Positions 1 through 8,745 are shown, counted from the first letter of the stretch. The stretch: 20,597 bases of DNA from Thermodesulfovibrionales bacterium (GCA_044450345.1 JBIOIY010000055.1:1-20597), one strand, 5' to 3'. Numbers and translations: made by a program. The notes: generated from the sequence alone by a model not told the origin.

Positions 1-778
1 ACGCAAGATGCAAAGTGATCAGCGTATTGTAGAGTTCATCCGTGAGTACCGCAAGAAGTACGGGCGGATTGGCAAAGAGAAGCTTAAGGTACTTCTGGAC
101 GCATACTGTGCTGAGAAAGCTATGGTATCGGTATCTGAGTCCACAATTGGCAAGATCATAAAAAGAAACAAGTTCTTTCGGCAAAGCAACCCTGGGCGTG
201 TGTATCACGACCCAAGCATAAACAGACCAGAACAGCCCAGGCGGCAGCGTGTAAAGAAGGCACCACGGCATACTGAGCCTGGTCACATGCAGGCCGACAG
301 TTCAGTGGTCCACGAGGTTGGTACCACTCGTTATTTGATCTCAGCCGTTGATGTTGCCGCCAAGTTTGCTCTGACTGCCTGCTATAGCAGTCTTTCGAGT
401 CGCACAACTACGGATTTCATGAAGCGTCTGCTTTCGATAACGCCTGTTCCTATCAGATCAGTCCAGAGCGATAACGGGTCTGAGTTCCTAGGAGAGTTTG
501 ATGCATATCTCAACGCAATGAAAATCGAGCATCGCTTTAGTTACCCTCGCTGCCCGAAGATCAATAGCTGCGTGGAACGGTACAACAGAACTATCAAGGA
601 TGAGTTCGTAGCCCAAAATCTTGATGTGATACACGATCTCAGACTCTTTCGTCAGAGACTTGCTGAGTATCTCATCTTCTACAATTACATCCGTCCCCAT
701 AAAAGCCTATTCAAAAAATCCCCTATCCAAGCCCTCGCCGAAATTGGGGCAATGTCGAAAATGTTTGCAACTCATACA
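1..778 (+). mobile_element. Right part of an IS481-like insertion sequence; putative right end ...ATGTTTGCAACTCATACA
   Basis: The transposase runs into a sequence ending in ACA at 776-778, matching the 5'-TGT...ACA-3' ends of the IS481 family. The left end is outside the window, so the inverted repeat cannot be confirmed. Confidence 0.6.
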
Positions 779-787
779 CGTTCTTGA
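1..787 (+). CDS. IS481-like DDE transposase (integrase core), probably 5'-truncated by the window edge
   Basis: rve-type motifs HMQADS (D), VQSDNGSEF (D), SCVERYNRT (E) and YNYIRPHKSL. The frame is open upstream of ATG 8 to the window edge. Visibly more AT-rich than the downstream genes. Confidence 0.85.
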   Translation, partial: RKMQSDQRIVEFIREYRKKYGRIGKEKLKVLLDAYCAEKAMVSVSESTIGKIIKRNKFFRQSNPGRVYHDPSINRPEQPRRQRVKKAPRHTEPGHMQADSSVVHEVGTTRYLISAVDVAAKFALTACYSSLSSRTTTDFMKRLLSITPVPIRSVQSDNGSEFLGEFDAYLNAMKIEHRFSYPRCPKINSCVERYNRTIKDEFVAQNLDVIHDLRLFRQRLAEYLIFYNYIRPHKSLFKKSPIQALAEIGAMSKMFATHTRS

Positions 788-812
788 CAAGCGCTGAGGG
801 TTGCGCGAAAAT
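784..812 (+). promoter_or_regulatory. Putative sigma70 promoter of the aldehyde dehydrogenase operon
   Basis: TTGACA (784-789), 17-bp spacer, GAAAAT (807-812). RBS GGAGG precedes ATG 871. Confidence 0.5.
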
Positions 813-870
813 TTGGGCAGGTTTACTACCGGCAATTTTTTTTAGTCGTACCAGGCCGTGGAGGTGCTTA

Positions 871-2361
871 ATGAAGATGTTCATAAAAAATTTCATTGAC
901 GGCCGGTGGGGCGACTCCGGCGCAGGAGAGACCTTCGAACGCATCAACCCGGCAGATACATCTGAAATCGTTGCGGTGGTCAGCAAGGCCGGCAACCGTG
1001 ACGTCGACAGGGCGGCAGAGGCGGCAAGAAAGGCGTATAACGGGTGGAGACATACCCCTGCGCCCAAAAGGGGGGAGATACTTTTCAGGGCGGGCGAGAT
1101 ACTCATGAAGAGGAAGAATGAACTCGGCGAACTCATGACGCGCGAGATGGGCAAGGTTCTTCCGGAGGCCCTCGGAGACGTGCAGGAGGCCATCGATATG
1201 GCCTTTTACATGGCGGGTGAAGGACGGAGGCTTTCAGGAGAGACAATCCCCTCGGAGCTTCCCGATAAGGACTGCAAGTCCGTACGCGTGCCGATAGGCG
1301 TCTGCGGGCTCATCACACCCTGGAACTTCCCCATGGCGATACCGGCCTGGAAGATCATGCCGGCCCTCGTCTCAGGCAATACGGTCGTTTTTAAGCCGAG
1401 CAGCCACACCCCTGCCTGTGCGGCCGGGCTGGTAGAAATACTTCAGGAGGCCGGACTGCCGGAAGGGGTATTGAACCTTGTGAACGGCAGCGGCGAAGAC
1501 ACAGGAAACTATCTTGCCTCCCATGAAGGGATAGGCGGCATTTCCTTTACAGGCTCGACTGCGGTAGGGTTGGGGATAGCGAAGATCTGCGCAGAGACTG
1601 GAAAGAAGGTGTCCTGCGAGATGGGCGGCAAAAACGCCATTATCGTTATGGACGACGCGGACCTGGACCTTGCGGTCGAAGGCGCGGTATGGGGCGGCTT
1701 CGGGACGAGCGGTCAAAGGTGCACCTCATCCAGCCGGATTGTCGTACACAGAAAGGTTTACGAAACATTCCTGCAGATGTTCTCTACGGCTGCATCAAAG
1801 CTTAGACTTGGAAACGGTCTCGATAAAAAGACCGATGTCGGTCCTGTCGTCAACGAGACACAGATGAAAAGGATACTTGACTACATAGAGATCGGAAAGA
1901 AAGAAGGGGCCGAACTTGTGACAGGGGGCGTGGCATGTAGGGAAGGCGAGTGCTCGCGTGGTTATTTCATCCTTCCTACAATCTTTTCCGGAGTTGCCCC
2001 CGGCATGAGGATCGCACAGGAAGAGATCTTTGGCCCTGTGGTCGCGGTGATCAGGGCAGAGGACCTGGACGATGCGATCCGGATAGTCAACGGCACTCCT
2101 TACGGACTCGTCTCCTCCGTCTATACGAGGGACGTGAACAAGTCCGCCGTCGCAGAACGCGAGCTCGATACCGGCATCGTCTATATCAATGCCTCAACGA
2201 TAGGCGCCGAGATCCAGATGCCCTTCGGCGGAACGAAGAAAAGCGGCTACGGGCATGAAGAGGCAGGGGGAAGGGGCGGCGCCCTCGACATGTTCACGAA
2301 GTGGAAGGTGATCTACAGAGACTTCAGCGGGAGGCTCCAGAAGGCCCAGATAGACAGATAG
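871..2361 (+). CDS. NAD(P)-dependent aldehyde dehydrogenase (possible glutamate-5-semialdehyde dehydrogenase)
   Basis: Motifs ITPWNFP, FTGSTAVG, CEMGGKN (catalytic Glu), GQRCTS (catalytic Cys), EEIFGPV and PFGG. Start moved to ATG 871 after GGAGG. Confidence 0.93.
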   Translation: MKMFIKNFIDGRWGDSGAGETFERINPADTSEIVAVVSKAGNRDVDRAAEAARKAYNGWRHTPAPKRGEILFRAGEILMKRKNELGELMTREMGKVLPEALGDVQEAIDMAFYMAGEGRRLSGETIPSELPDKDCKSVRVPIGVCGLITPWNFPMAIPAWKIMPALVSGNTVVFKPSSHTPACAAGLVEILQEAGLPEGVLNLVNGSGEDTGNYLASHEGIGGISFTGSTAVGLGIAKICAETGKKVSCEMGGKNAIIVMDDADLDLAVEGAVWGGFGTSGQRCTSSSRIVVHRKVYETFLQMFSTAASKLRLGNGLDKKTDVGPVVNETQMKRILDYIEIGKKEGAELVTGGVACREGECSRGYFILPTIFSGVAPGMRIAQEEIFGPVVAVIRAEDLDDAIRIVNGTPYGLVSSVYTRDVNKSAVAERELDTGIVYINASTIGAEIQMPFGGTKKSGYGHEEAGGRGGALDMFTKWKVIYRDFSGRLQKAQIDR

Positions 2362-2388
2362 ACGCAGAGACAGGAGGACAGGCAGCCC

Positions 2389-3672
2389 ATGGACGAGTAC
2401 ACCGACAGGGCGAAAGAGGTATTGACGAACGCCCTTGTTATGCATACCGGCATCGTCGCAAAAAAGGCGGACGGCATCTACGTCGAAGACCTGAGCGGCA
2501 GAAGGTATATGGATTTTACGTCCGGTCTCGCCACCGTGAATATCGGACACAACCACCCCGGTGTCGTTGAGGCGATAAAGAAGCAGGCCGAAAAATTCAT
2601 CCATTCCGGATGCATCTTTTACTACGAACCGCTGATCGTCCTTGCCGAGAAACTCGGGCAGGTGACTCCCGCCGGCCTCGATATGTTCTTCTTCAGCAAT
2701 TCAGGGGCAGAAGCGGTCGAAGGCGCGATGAAACTCGCACGGTACAGCACAGGACGGCAGGGCGTCATCGCGTTCACCGGCGGGTTCCACGGCAGGACCT
2801 TCGGCGCGATGAGTCTGACCACCTCGAGCATCAGATACCGAAGGGCGTATCATCCCTTTGTCCCTTCAGTCTATCACTCTCCTTACCCCTATTGTTACCG
2901 GTGTTTCTTCGGCCAGAAGCCGGCCACCTGCAGCATGGACTGTTATGAATATCTGGAGAGGCTTTTTACACATCTCATCCCTCCTGAGGAAGTGGCCTGC
3001 ATGATAATCGAACCGGTGCTTGGCGAAGGCGGTTATGTAGTGCCGCCGGAGGAGTTTCTTACGAGACTGAGGGCCCTCTGTGACCGATGGGGTATCCTCC
3101 TTGTACTGGATGAGGTGCAGGCAGGCATGGGAAGGACGGGGAAGTGGTTTGCCTCGGAGCATTTCGGGGTTGTCCCGGATATCATGACCGTCGCCAAAGG
3201 CATCGCGTCGGGCATGCCTCTGAGCGCGGTGGCATCAAAAAAAAGGATCATGGAGAAATGGCCCAAAGGCGCGCACGGTACGACTTTCGGGGGCAATCCG
3301 GTTTCATGCGCCGCCGCTGTTGCGACAATCGAGATCATAGAGAAGGAGGGTCTTCTCGCGAAGGCCATTCGGACCGGCGGGCATACCATGACAAGGTTGA
3401 GATCAATACAGGAGAGATCCCCGGCTATCGGTGATGTAAGGGGACTCGGCCTTATGATCGGCATAGAGTTTGTAACGGCATCGGGAGAACCCGACACCGC
3501 GGGCCTCAACAAGGTGATGCGGTACTGCCTTGAAAAAGGTCTGGTGCTTCTGGACTGCGGGGTGGATAAAAATATCATAAGACTGGCGCCTCCGCTGGTG
3601 GTGAAGGCTGAAGAGATAGACACGGGACTCGATATATTAGAGGAGGCGCTCAAAGCGGCGTATGGGGTCTGA
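2389..3672 (+). CDS. Class-III PLP aminotransferase (GabT / ornithine omega-aminotransferase-like)
   Basis: Motifs NSGAEAVE, FHGRT, EPVLGEGG, LDEVQAGMGRTG, AKGIASG (PLP lysine) and GTTFGGNP. RBS AGGAGG upstream. Confidence 0.92.
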   Translation: MDEYTDRAKEVLTNALVMHTGIVAKKADGIYVEDLSGRRYMDFTSGLATVNIGHNHPGVVEAIKKQAEKFIHSGCIFYYEPLIVLAEKLGQVTPAGLDMFFFSNSGAEAVEGAMKLARYSTGRQGVIAFTGGFHGRTFGAMSLTTSSIRYRRAYHPFVPSVYHSPYPYCYRCFFGQKPATCSMDCYEYLERLFTHLIPPEEVACMIIEPVLGEGGYVVPPEEFLTRLRALCDRWGILLVLDEVQAGMGRTGKWFASEHFGVVPDIMTVAKGIASGMPLSAVASKKRIMEKWPKGAHGTTFGGNPVSCAAAVATIEIIEKEGLLAKAIRTGGHTMTRLRSIQERSPAIGDVRGLGLMIGIEFVTASGEPDTAGLNKVMRYCLEKGLVLLDCGVDKNIIRLAPPLVVKAEEIDTGLDILEEALKAAYGV

Positions 3673-5014
3673 AATTCTGAAGAGACAGAAGGTCCTTATA
3701 ATGGGTGCTGCCGGCAGGGACTTCCATAACTTCAACATGGTATACAGGGGCGATCCCTCTTATGAGGTGGCGGCATTTACCGCGGCCCAGATCCCATTTA
3801 TCGGGGGAAGGACCTACCCTCCTGACCTCGCCGGACCGCTTTATCCGGAGGGGATCCCGATCTTTCCCGAAGAAGACCTGGAGAGGCTTATCCATCTGCA
3901 CGGCATAGAACAGGTGGTTTTTGCATACAGTGACGTATCGCATGAATATGTCATGCACAAGGCCTCCCTATGCCTTTCTCTCGGGACCGATTTTGTTCTT
4001 CTCGGCCCGGACAAGACATCGCTTGAATCAACCCTGCCGGTCATCTCCGTATGCGCCGTAAGAACAGGCTGCGGAAAGAGCGGGGTCACGAGATATATCC
4101 TTGGCGTGCTTAAGCAAAGGGGGGTGGTGCCCGTTGCGATACGACATCCCATGCCCTATTGCGACCTGGCGAAAAGCCGTACACAGCGGTTTGTGAAGAT
4201 GGAGGACCTGGACGAGCAGAGCTGCACGATAGAAGAGCGGGAAGAATTCGAGCCGCTCATCGAGGCGGGCGTCACCGCATACGCCGGCGTCGATTACGGG
4301 GCTGTTCTGAAGGATGCAGAGAAGGACGGCGGGGTCATCGTTTGGGACGGGGGGAACAATGACCTGCCCTTTATAAGGTCGGGTCTTGAAATCGTGTTGC
4401 TCGACCCTCACCGGCCGGGTCACGAGTTGTCCTTCTATCCGGGTGAGGCCAATCTGAGAAGGGCGGACATAGCGGTGATCAACAAGGTGGATACGGCAGA
4501 TGAGAGAAAGGTGAGTGAGGTAGCGGGAAACATCAGGATGGTCAATCCGGAAGCGATTATAGTCTATACAACCTCACCGATTAGGGCCGACTATCCTGAT
4601 AAGATAGCGGGAAAGAAGGTCCTCGTGATAGAGGACGGGCCGACGCTCACCCATGGCGGCATGGCGTACGGAGCGGGTTTTCTGGCAGCCGGGAAATACG
4701 GGGCGGCCGAGATCGTAGACCCGCGTCCCTACGCGGCAGGGTCGATCAGGGCGACCCTGGAAAAGTACCCCGGCATAAAGAATGTGTTGCCTGCGATGGG
4801 TTACGCCCCCGAGCAGGTAAGAGAACTGAAAGAGACGATAGAGCATGCGCCCTGTGATCTTGTGGTAATCGCCACTCCGATAGACTTGCGGCGGCTGCTG
4901 GACCTGAAAAAGGAATCGGTGCGAGTCAGTTACGAAATAGAGGAGCTCGACGGCATGGAGTTGAAAGGGTGTATCGAGGGCTTTATCGACAGCCACCTCC
5001 ATCTGGAGAGATAG
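3662..5014 (+). CDS. COG2403-type P-loop protein (often annotated GTPase or cyclic 2,3-diphosphoglycerate synthetase-like); likely arginine synthetase
   Basis: N-terminal GAAGRDFHNFN, P-loop VRTGCGKS, RHPMPY, CTIEEREE, WDGGNND and EDGPTLTHGGM. Overlaps the aminotransferase stop and lies directly before carbamate kinase. Confidence 0.8.
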   Translation: MGSEILKRQKVLIMGAAGRDFHNFNMVYRGDPSYEVAAFTAAQIPFIGGRTYPPDLAGPLYPEGIPIFPEEDLERLIHLHGIEQVVFAYSDVSHEYVMHKASLCLSLGTDFVLLGPDKTSLESTLPVISVCAVRTGCGKSGVTRYILGVLKQRGVVPVAIRHPMPYCDLAKSRTQRFVKMEDLDEQSCTIEEREEFEPLIEAGVTAYAGVDYGAVLKDAEKDGGVIVWDGGNNDLPFIRSGLEIVLLDPHRPGHELSFYPGEANLRRADIAVINKVDTADERKVSEVAGNIRMVNPEAIIVYTTSPIRADYPDKIAGKKVLVIEDGPTLTHGGMAYGAGFLAAGKYGAAEIVDPRPYAAGSIRATLEKYPGIKNVLPAMGYAPEQVRELKETIEHAPCDLVVIATPIDLRRLLDLKKESVRVSYEIEELDGMELKGCIEGFIDSHLHLER

Positions 5015-5046
5015 CGCGATGATAGAACAGAGACATCCCTCATAGC

Positions 5047-6006
5047 ATGAACGGACCCCTGAAAAACAGACTCTGCGTCGTATCCCTTGGGGGCAACGCC
5101 CTGATACGAAGGGGCGATAAGGGTACTATCGAGGAACAGTTCGCACACACCCGCGCATGCACAAAGCAGATATCCCGGATGGTCATGGACGGGTTCCGGA
5201 TTGTCATCACCCACGGCAACGGCCCGATCGTCGGAAACATCGTTATTCGGAACGAGGCAGCGAGAAATACTATTCCTCCCATGCCCCTGTATATCTGTGA
5301 TGCGGACTCAGAGGGCGGGATAGGGTATATGATCCAACAGACACTCTACAACAGCCTCAAGGGTATTCACGAGGTGAGAGACGTGGCTACGATCATTACC
5401 CAGGTCCTCGTCGATGGACAAGACCGCGCCTTCGAGGAACCGTCGAAACCCATAGGACCTTTTTATACGGAAGGCGAAGCAGGCGAGCTTGAAAGGACGA
5501 GGGGATGGATATTGAAGGAAGACAGCGGGAGGGGGTACAGAAGGGTTGTCCCATCGCCCCGGCCGAAGAAGATAATAGAGACGGAGGTGATCAGGCGTCT
5601 CGCCGCTCTCGGCGTCATCACGATAGCGGCAGGGGGCGGGGGTGTGCCGGTCGTCGAACTGGCTTCCGGCGATCTTCAGGGAGTGGATGCGGTTGTCGAC
5701 AAGGACCTTGCGACAGGTCTCCTAGCAAGGGAACTGGGAGCGGAATGCATTATCAACCTTACGCAGGTTGACAGCGTCTATGTCAATTACGGAAGGGACG
5801 GACAGAGGGCGCTGCGGGAGGTCGGTCTGGAAGAGATCGGCGCGTACTATGAACAGGGCCATTTCCCCCCTGGAAGCATGGGGCCCAAGATAGAGGCGGC
5901 CATCGGGTTTCTGCGGGCAGGCGGGAAAGAAGTTATCATCACCAGCCCGGAGCTTGTCGGAGAGGCGATGGAGGGAAGGGCAGGGACGAGGCTGCGGGCG
6001 GCTTGA
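5047..6006 (+). CDS. arcC: Carbamate kinase
   Basis: Motifs VSLGGNAL, THGNGP, KPIGPFY, RRVVPSPRP, GGGGVPV, DAVVDKDLA and GSMGPKIEAA. Confidence 0.95.
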   Translation: MNGPLKNRLCVVSLGGNALIRRGDKGTIEEQFAHTRACTKQISRMVMDGFRIVITHGNGPIVGNIVIRNEAARNTIPPMPLYICDADSEGGIGYMIQQTLYNSLKGIHEVRDVATIITQVLVDGQDRAFEEPSKPIGPFYTEGEAGELERTRGWILKEDSGRGYRRVVPSPRPKKIIETEVIRRLAALGVITIAAGGGGVPVVELASGDLQGVDAVVDKDLATGLLARELGAECIINLTQVDSVYVNYGRDGQRALREVGLEEIGAYYEQGHFPPGSMGPKIEAAIGFLRAGGKEVIITSPELVGEAMEGRAGTRLRAA

Positions 6007-6073
6007 TTCTATGTCAAAATGCCCGATAATAGTTGGTGAGAGAGCGATGAATTTATGAAGGGGGAATTGCAGG

Positions 6074-6934
6074 ATGCCTAAGAAGACAGAAACTCGTGCA
6101 CGTTTGACAAAGGATGAAAGGGCCTTCTCGTTCATTCCGCTCAATGACCGCGAAGGCAAACCGAGGAAACAGGGGATTACGGAAATGAGAGGCCCATACT
6201 ACACGCCAATGGGAAAGCGCTATCTTGAGGACATCCTTGAGACCATGGGGGCCTATGTCGATATCCTCAAGTTTGCGGGGGGGGCCTTCAGTCTCATGCC
6301 CCGCAAAGCGGTAAAAGAGCTCATCGATCTATGCCACAGGTACGATGTGCAGGTCGACACAGGAGGCTTTATCGAACATGTGCTTACGCTCGGCGCAGGC
6401 GCGGTCGATCGCTACATCGAAGAATGCAGGAGCCTTGAATTCGATATAGTCGAGATATCGGGCGGTTTCCTAAGTATCCCCGCAGATGACCTTGTTCGCC
6501 TTACTGAAAAAGTGCGGAAAAAGGGGATGAAGCCCAAAGCCGAGGTGGGTATCCAGTTCGGGGCAGGGGGAGCGAGCACGGTCGGGGAACTCGAGGCCGA
6601 GGGGACAGGGGATGTCGATTGGGCGGTCATGAGGGCGAAGAAGCATCTCGATGCCGGAGCATATATGATCATGATCGAATCAGAGGGTATAACAGAAAGC
6701 GTTAGTACCTGGAAGACGGATGTGATCTCTAAGTTCATCCGGGAGCTGGGGATCGAAAAGACGATGTTCGAGGCCGCGGAGCCGGAGGTGTTCAACTGGT
6801 ATATCAAGAACTACGGGCCGGAGATGAATCTTTTTGTCGACCACAGCCAGATCGTGCTTCTTGAATCTCTCAGGTCGGGCATCTGGGGGACGAAGAACCT
6901 CTGGGGAAGGGTCCTGACCTATAAGGGCCGCTAA
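6074..6934 (+). CDS. Phosphosulfolactate synthase family protein (ComA / HSA32-like)
   Basis: Motifs KPRKQGITE, VDILKFAGG, IMIESEG, MFEA and YGPEMNLFVDHSQIVLLESLRSG fit the ComA TIM-barrel family. Confidence 0.85.
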   Translation: MPKKTETRARLTKDERAFSFIPLNDREGKPRKQGITEMRGPYYTPMGKRYLEDILETMGAYVDILKFAGGAFSLMPRKAVKELIDLCHRYDVQVDTGGFIEHVLTLGAGAVDRYIEECRSLEFDIVEISGGFLSIPADDLVRLTEKVRKKGMKPKAEVGIQFGAGGASTVGELEAEGTGDVDWAVMRAKKHLDAGAYMIMIESEGITESVSTWKTDVISKFIRELGIEKTMFEAAEPEVFNWYIKNYGPEMNLFVDHSQIVLLESLRSGIWGTKNLWGRVLTYKGR

Positions 6935-6968
6935 AAGGCTTACAATTCTACATGAGAAGGTATTTCGG

Positions 6969-7104
6969 CACAGGAAGGGACTATCTCCTAGCTCATTCTC
7001 GTCCCGATAAACCGGGACTCCGAGGCTTTTGCCTCTTGAAATAAGAACAATTTAGTGTAGGAATATCGGCAAAAGAAACCGCTAGGAGACAGTCCCTCCC
7101 CGTG
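6969..7104. repeat. 136-bp element bounded by a 24-bp imperfect inverted repeat, with internal hairpins (REP/MITE-like or structured RNA)
   Basis: CACAGGAAGGGACTATCTCCTAGC (6969-6992) vs GCTAGGAGACAGTCCCTCCCCGTG (7081-7104), 21/24 complementary. Internal hairpins GTCCCG-N6-CGGGAC (7001-7018) and GAGGC-TTTT-GCCTC (7022-7035). Confidence 0.7.
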
Positions 7105-7145
7105 TCTTTATTGCCTTCGCATAGCGGTTATGGATTGAAATAGGG

Positions 7146-7308
7146 GCGGCAGGGAGGCCGGAAAAAGCTTTATCTGCGACACCTTTAATACCCAAGAGTA
7201 GGGCAGATGGACCTTTGTTAGTAATACGCTGTGCGTGAAATCAGCCCCAGAATTTCCGGCTACGGATTCATGTCGTCATTAAAAAGTTTTTTCCGGACTT
7301 CATGCCGC
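7146..7308. repeat. 163-bp element bounded by a 26-bp imperfect inverted repeat
   Basis: GCGGCAGGGAGGCCGGAAAAAGCTTT (7146-7171) vs AAAGTTTTTTCCGGACTTCATGCCGC (7283-7308): 22 Watson-Crick pairs, 2 G-U pairs and 2 mismatches. Confidence 0.65.
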
Positions 7309-7327
7309 ACCGCCTCACGTTCGCTGG

Positions 7328-8569
7328 TTAGACGAAGAGGCTTACTACGGCCCCTGTCATGCAGGTGGCCAATGTCCCGGCGACGAGGGCCTTTATGCCG
7401 AGGGACACCACTTCTGTCCTCCGTTCAGGGACCATGCTTCCCAGCCCCCCTATAAGTATCCCGAGGCTCCCGAAGTTGGCAAAGCTGCAGAGGGCGTATG
7501 TCATGATCAGCCGGGACCGCGGGCTCAGCAAGCTTGCTGGGGTCTTTGCGAGTTCGAGGAAGGCAAGCAATTCGTTGAGAATTGTTTTGGTCCCCATGAG
7601 ATAGCCTGCTGTTTGCGCCTCTGCCCAGGGGATGCCGAAAAGCCAGACGATAGGGGCCATGACGTACCCCAGGAGCATCTGCAGCGTAACCGCCCTGCCC
7701 GCTATCGCTGGGAGCAGGCCGAGCCCCTGATTCACGAGGTTGACCAAAGCGACGGCAACAATGAGCATCGCCACGATATTTATAAGGAGGGTAAGGCCGT
7801 CCAGGGTCCCTTTTGCGATCGCATCCATAGGGCTTTTCGCCGTCTGCGGCGGGGCAAGCGTCCCGGCGGTCTGTGCGCCGGTCTCAGGGATAATAATCCG
7901 TGAGACCGTTATCGCAGCCGGGATATGGATAAGTGAAGCTATCAGGATATGCCCGAGTGGGTCGGGGATGATCCCTTTCAGGATCGTAGAATAAAGCACC
8001 ATCACAGTGCCTGCTATAGATGCCATGCCGCAGGCCATCAGGGAAAAGAGTTCGCTCCTCGTCATCTCGCGCAGGAATGGTTTGATGATAAGCGGCGCCT
8101 CCACCATGCCGAGAAAGATCGTTGTCGATGCGCCCAGACTCAGCGCCCCCCCGAGGTTCAATGTTTTCCGAAAGAGAAGGGAGAACGCCCTGACTACTGC
8201 CGGCAGGATACGCCAGTAAAAAAGAAGAGACGATAACGCCCCGACCAATAGTACAAGGGGCAAAGCCTGGAATGCCAGCGTGTAACTCATGCCCGGGCTT
8301 TTTTCATCGAACGGGAGGGGGCCGCCTCCCAGATAGCCGAAGACGAAGGAAGTCCCTGCCCTTGTCGCTTCTTCGAGCGAAAGCACAAGGCCGTTCAAAA
8401 ACAAAAAAATCTGTTTGAAGATGGGAATGTTCAGAAGTATTGCGGCGATGACGAACTGGAGCACTACCCCTGCGAATATACCCTTATAGTTGACGCCCCT
8501 TCTGTTTTCGCTGACGGCCCAGGCTATGCCCAGCAGTACGACCAGTCCGGCTATCCCTTGAAGATGCAT
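7328..8569 (-). CDS. nupC: Concentrative nucleoside transporter (CNT/NupC family)
   Basis: Polytopic membrane protein with FVFGYLGG, FLGMVEAPL, MASIAGTV, GTKTILNELLAF and LCSFANFGSLGILIGG. Start set at ATG 8569 after a GGGGGA RBS. Confidence 0.92.
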   Translation of the reverse strand: MHLQGIAGLVVLLGIAWAVSENRRGVNYKGIFAGVVLQFVIAAILLNIPIFKQIFLFLNGLVLSLEEATRAGTSFVFGYLGGGPLPFDEKSPGMSYTLAFQALPLVLLVGALSSLLFYWRILPAVVRAFSLLFRKTLNLGGALSLGASTTIFLGMVEAPLIIKPFLREMTRSELFSLMACGMASIAGTVMVLYSTILKGIIPDPLGHILIASLIHIPAAITVSRIIIPETGAQTAGTLAPPQTAKSPMDAIAKGTLDGLTLLINIVAMLIVAVALVNLVNQGLGLLPAIAGRAVTLQMLLGYVMAPIVWLFGIPWAEAQTAGYLMGTKTILNELLAFLELAKTPASLLSPRSRLIMTYALCSFANFGSLGILIGGLGSMVPERRTEVVSLGIKALVAGTLATCMTGAVVSLFV

Positions 8570-8745
8570 TTCCAGTCCCCCGTGAGATGCGATTACTGTC
8601 AGTTTTGAAAATGGTAGATCTATGATAAATGCAGACCGCGAATAATTCAAATGAGAATATGGACCTTCTTAATAGCAGGACCGCCGCGAAGAGAACAATG
8701 TGGGCCGTAACCATCGGCTGGTCTTAGGCGTCTTATTTGATATAA

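Noticed and set aside
784..870. TTG-start N-terminal extension of the aldehyde dehydrogenase in the ORF track
   Set aside because: The TTG is part of the -35 box; ALDH-like sequence and a GGAGG RBS point to ATG 871.
6003..6017. TTGAT-TCTAT-GTCAA as an Fnr/HcpR box upstream of the comA-like gene
   Set aside because: The spacer is 5 nt instead of 4 and the site overlaps the arcC stop codon.
7231..7455. 74-aa plus-strand ORF, and the many other antisense or alternate-frame ORFs inside the large genes
   Set aside because: They overlap well-supported genes, lack motifs, and are expected shadow ORFs in GC-rich DNA.
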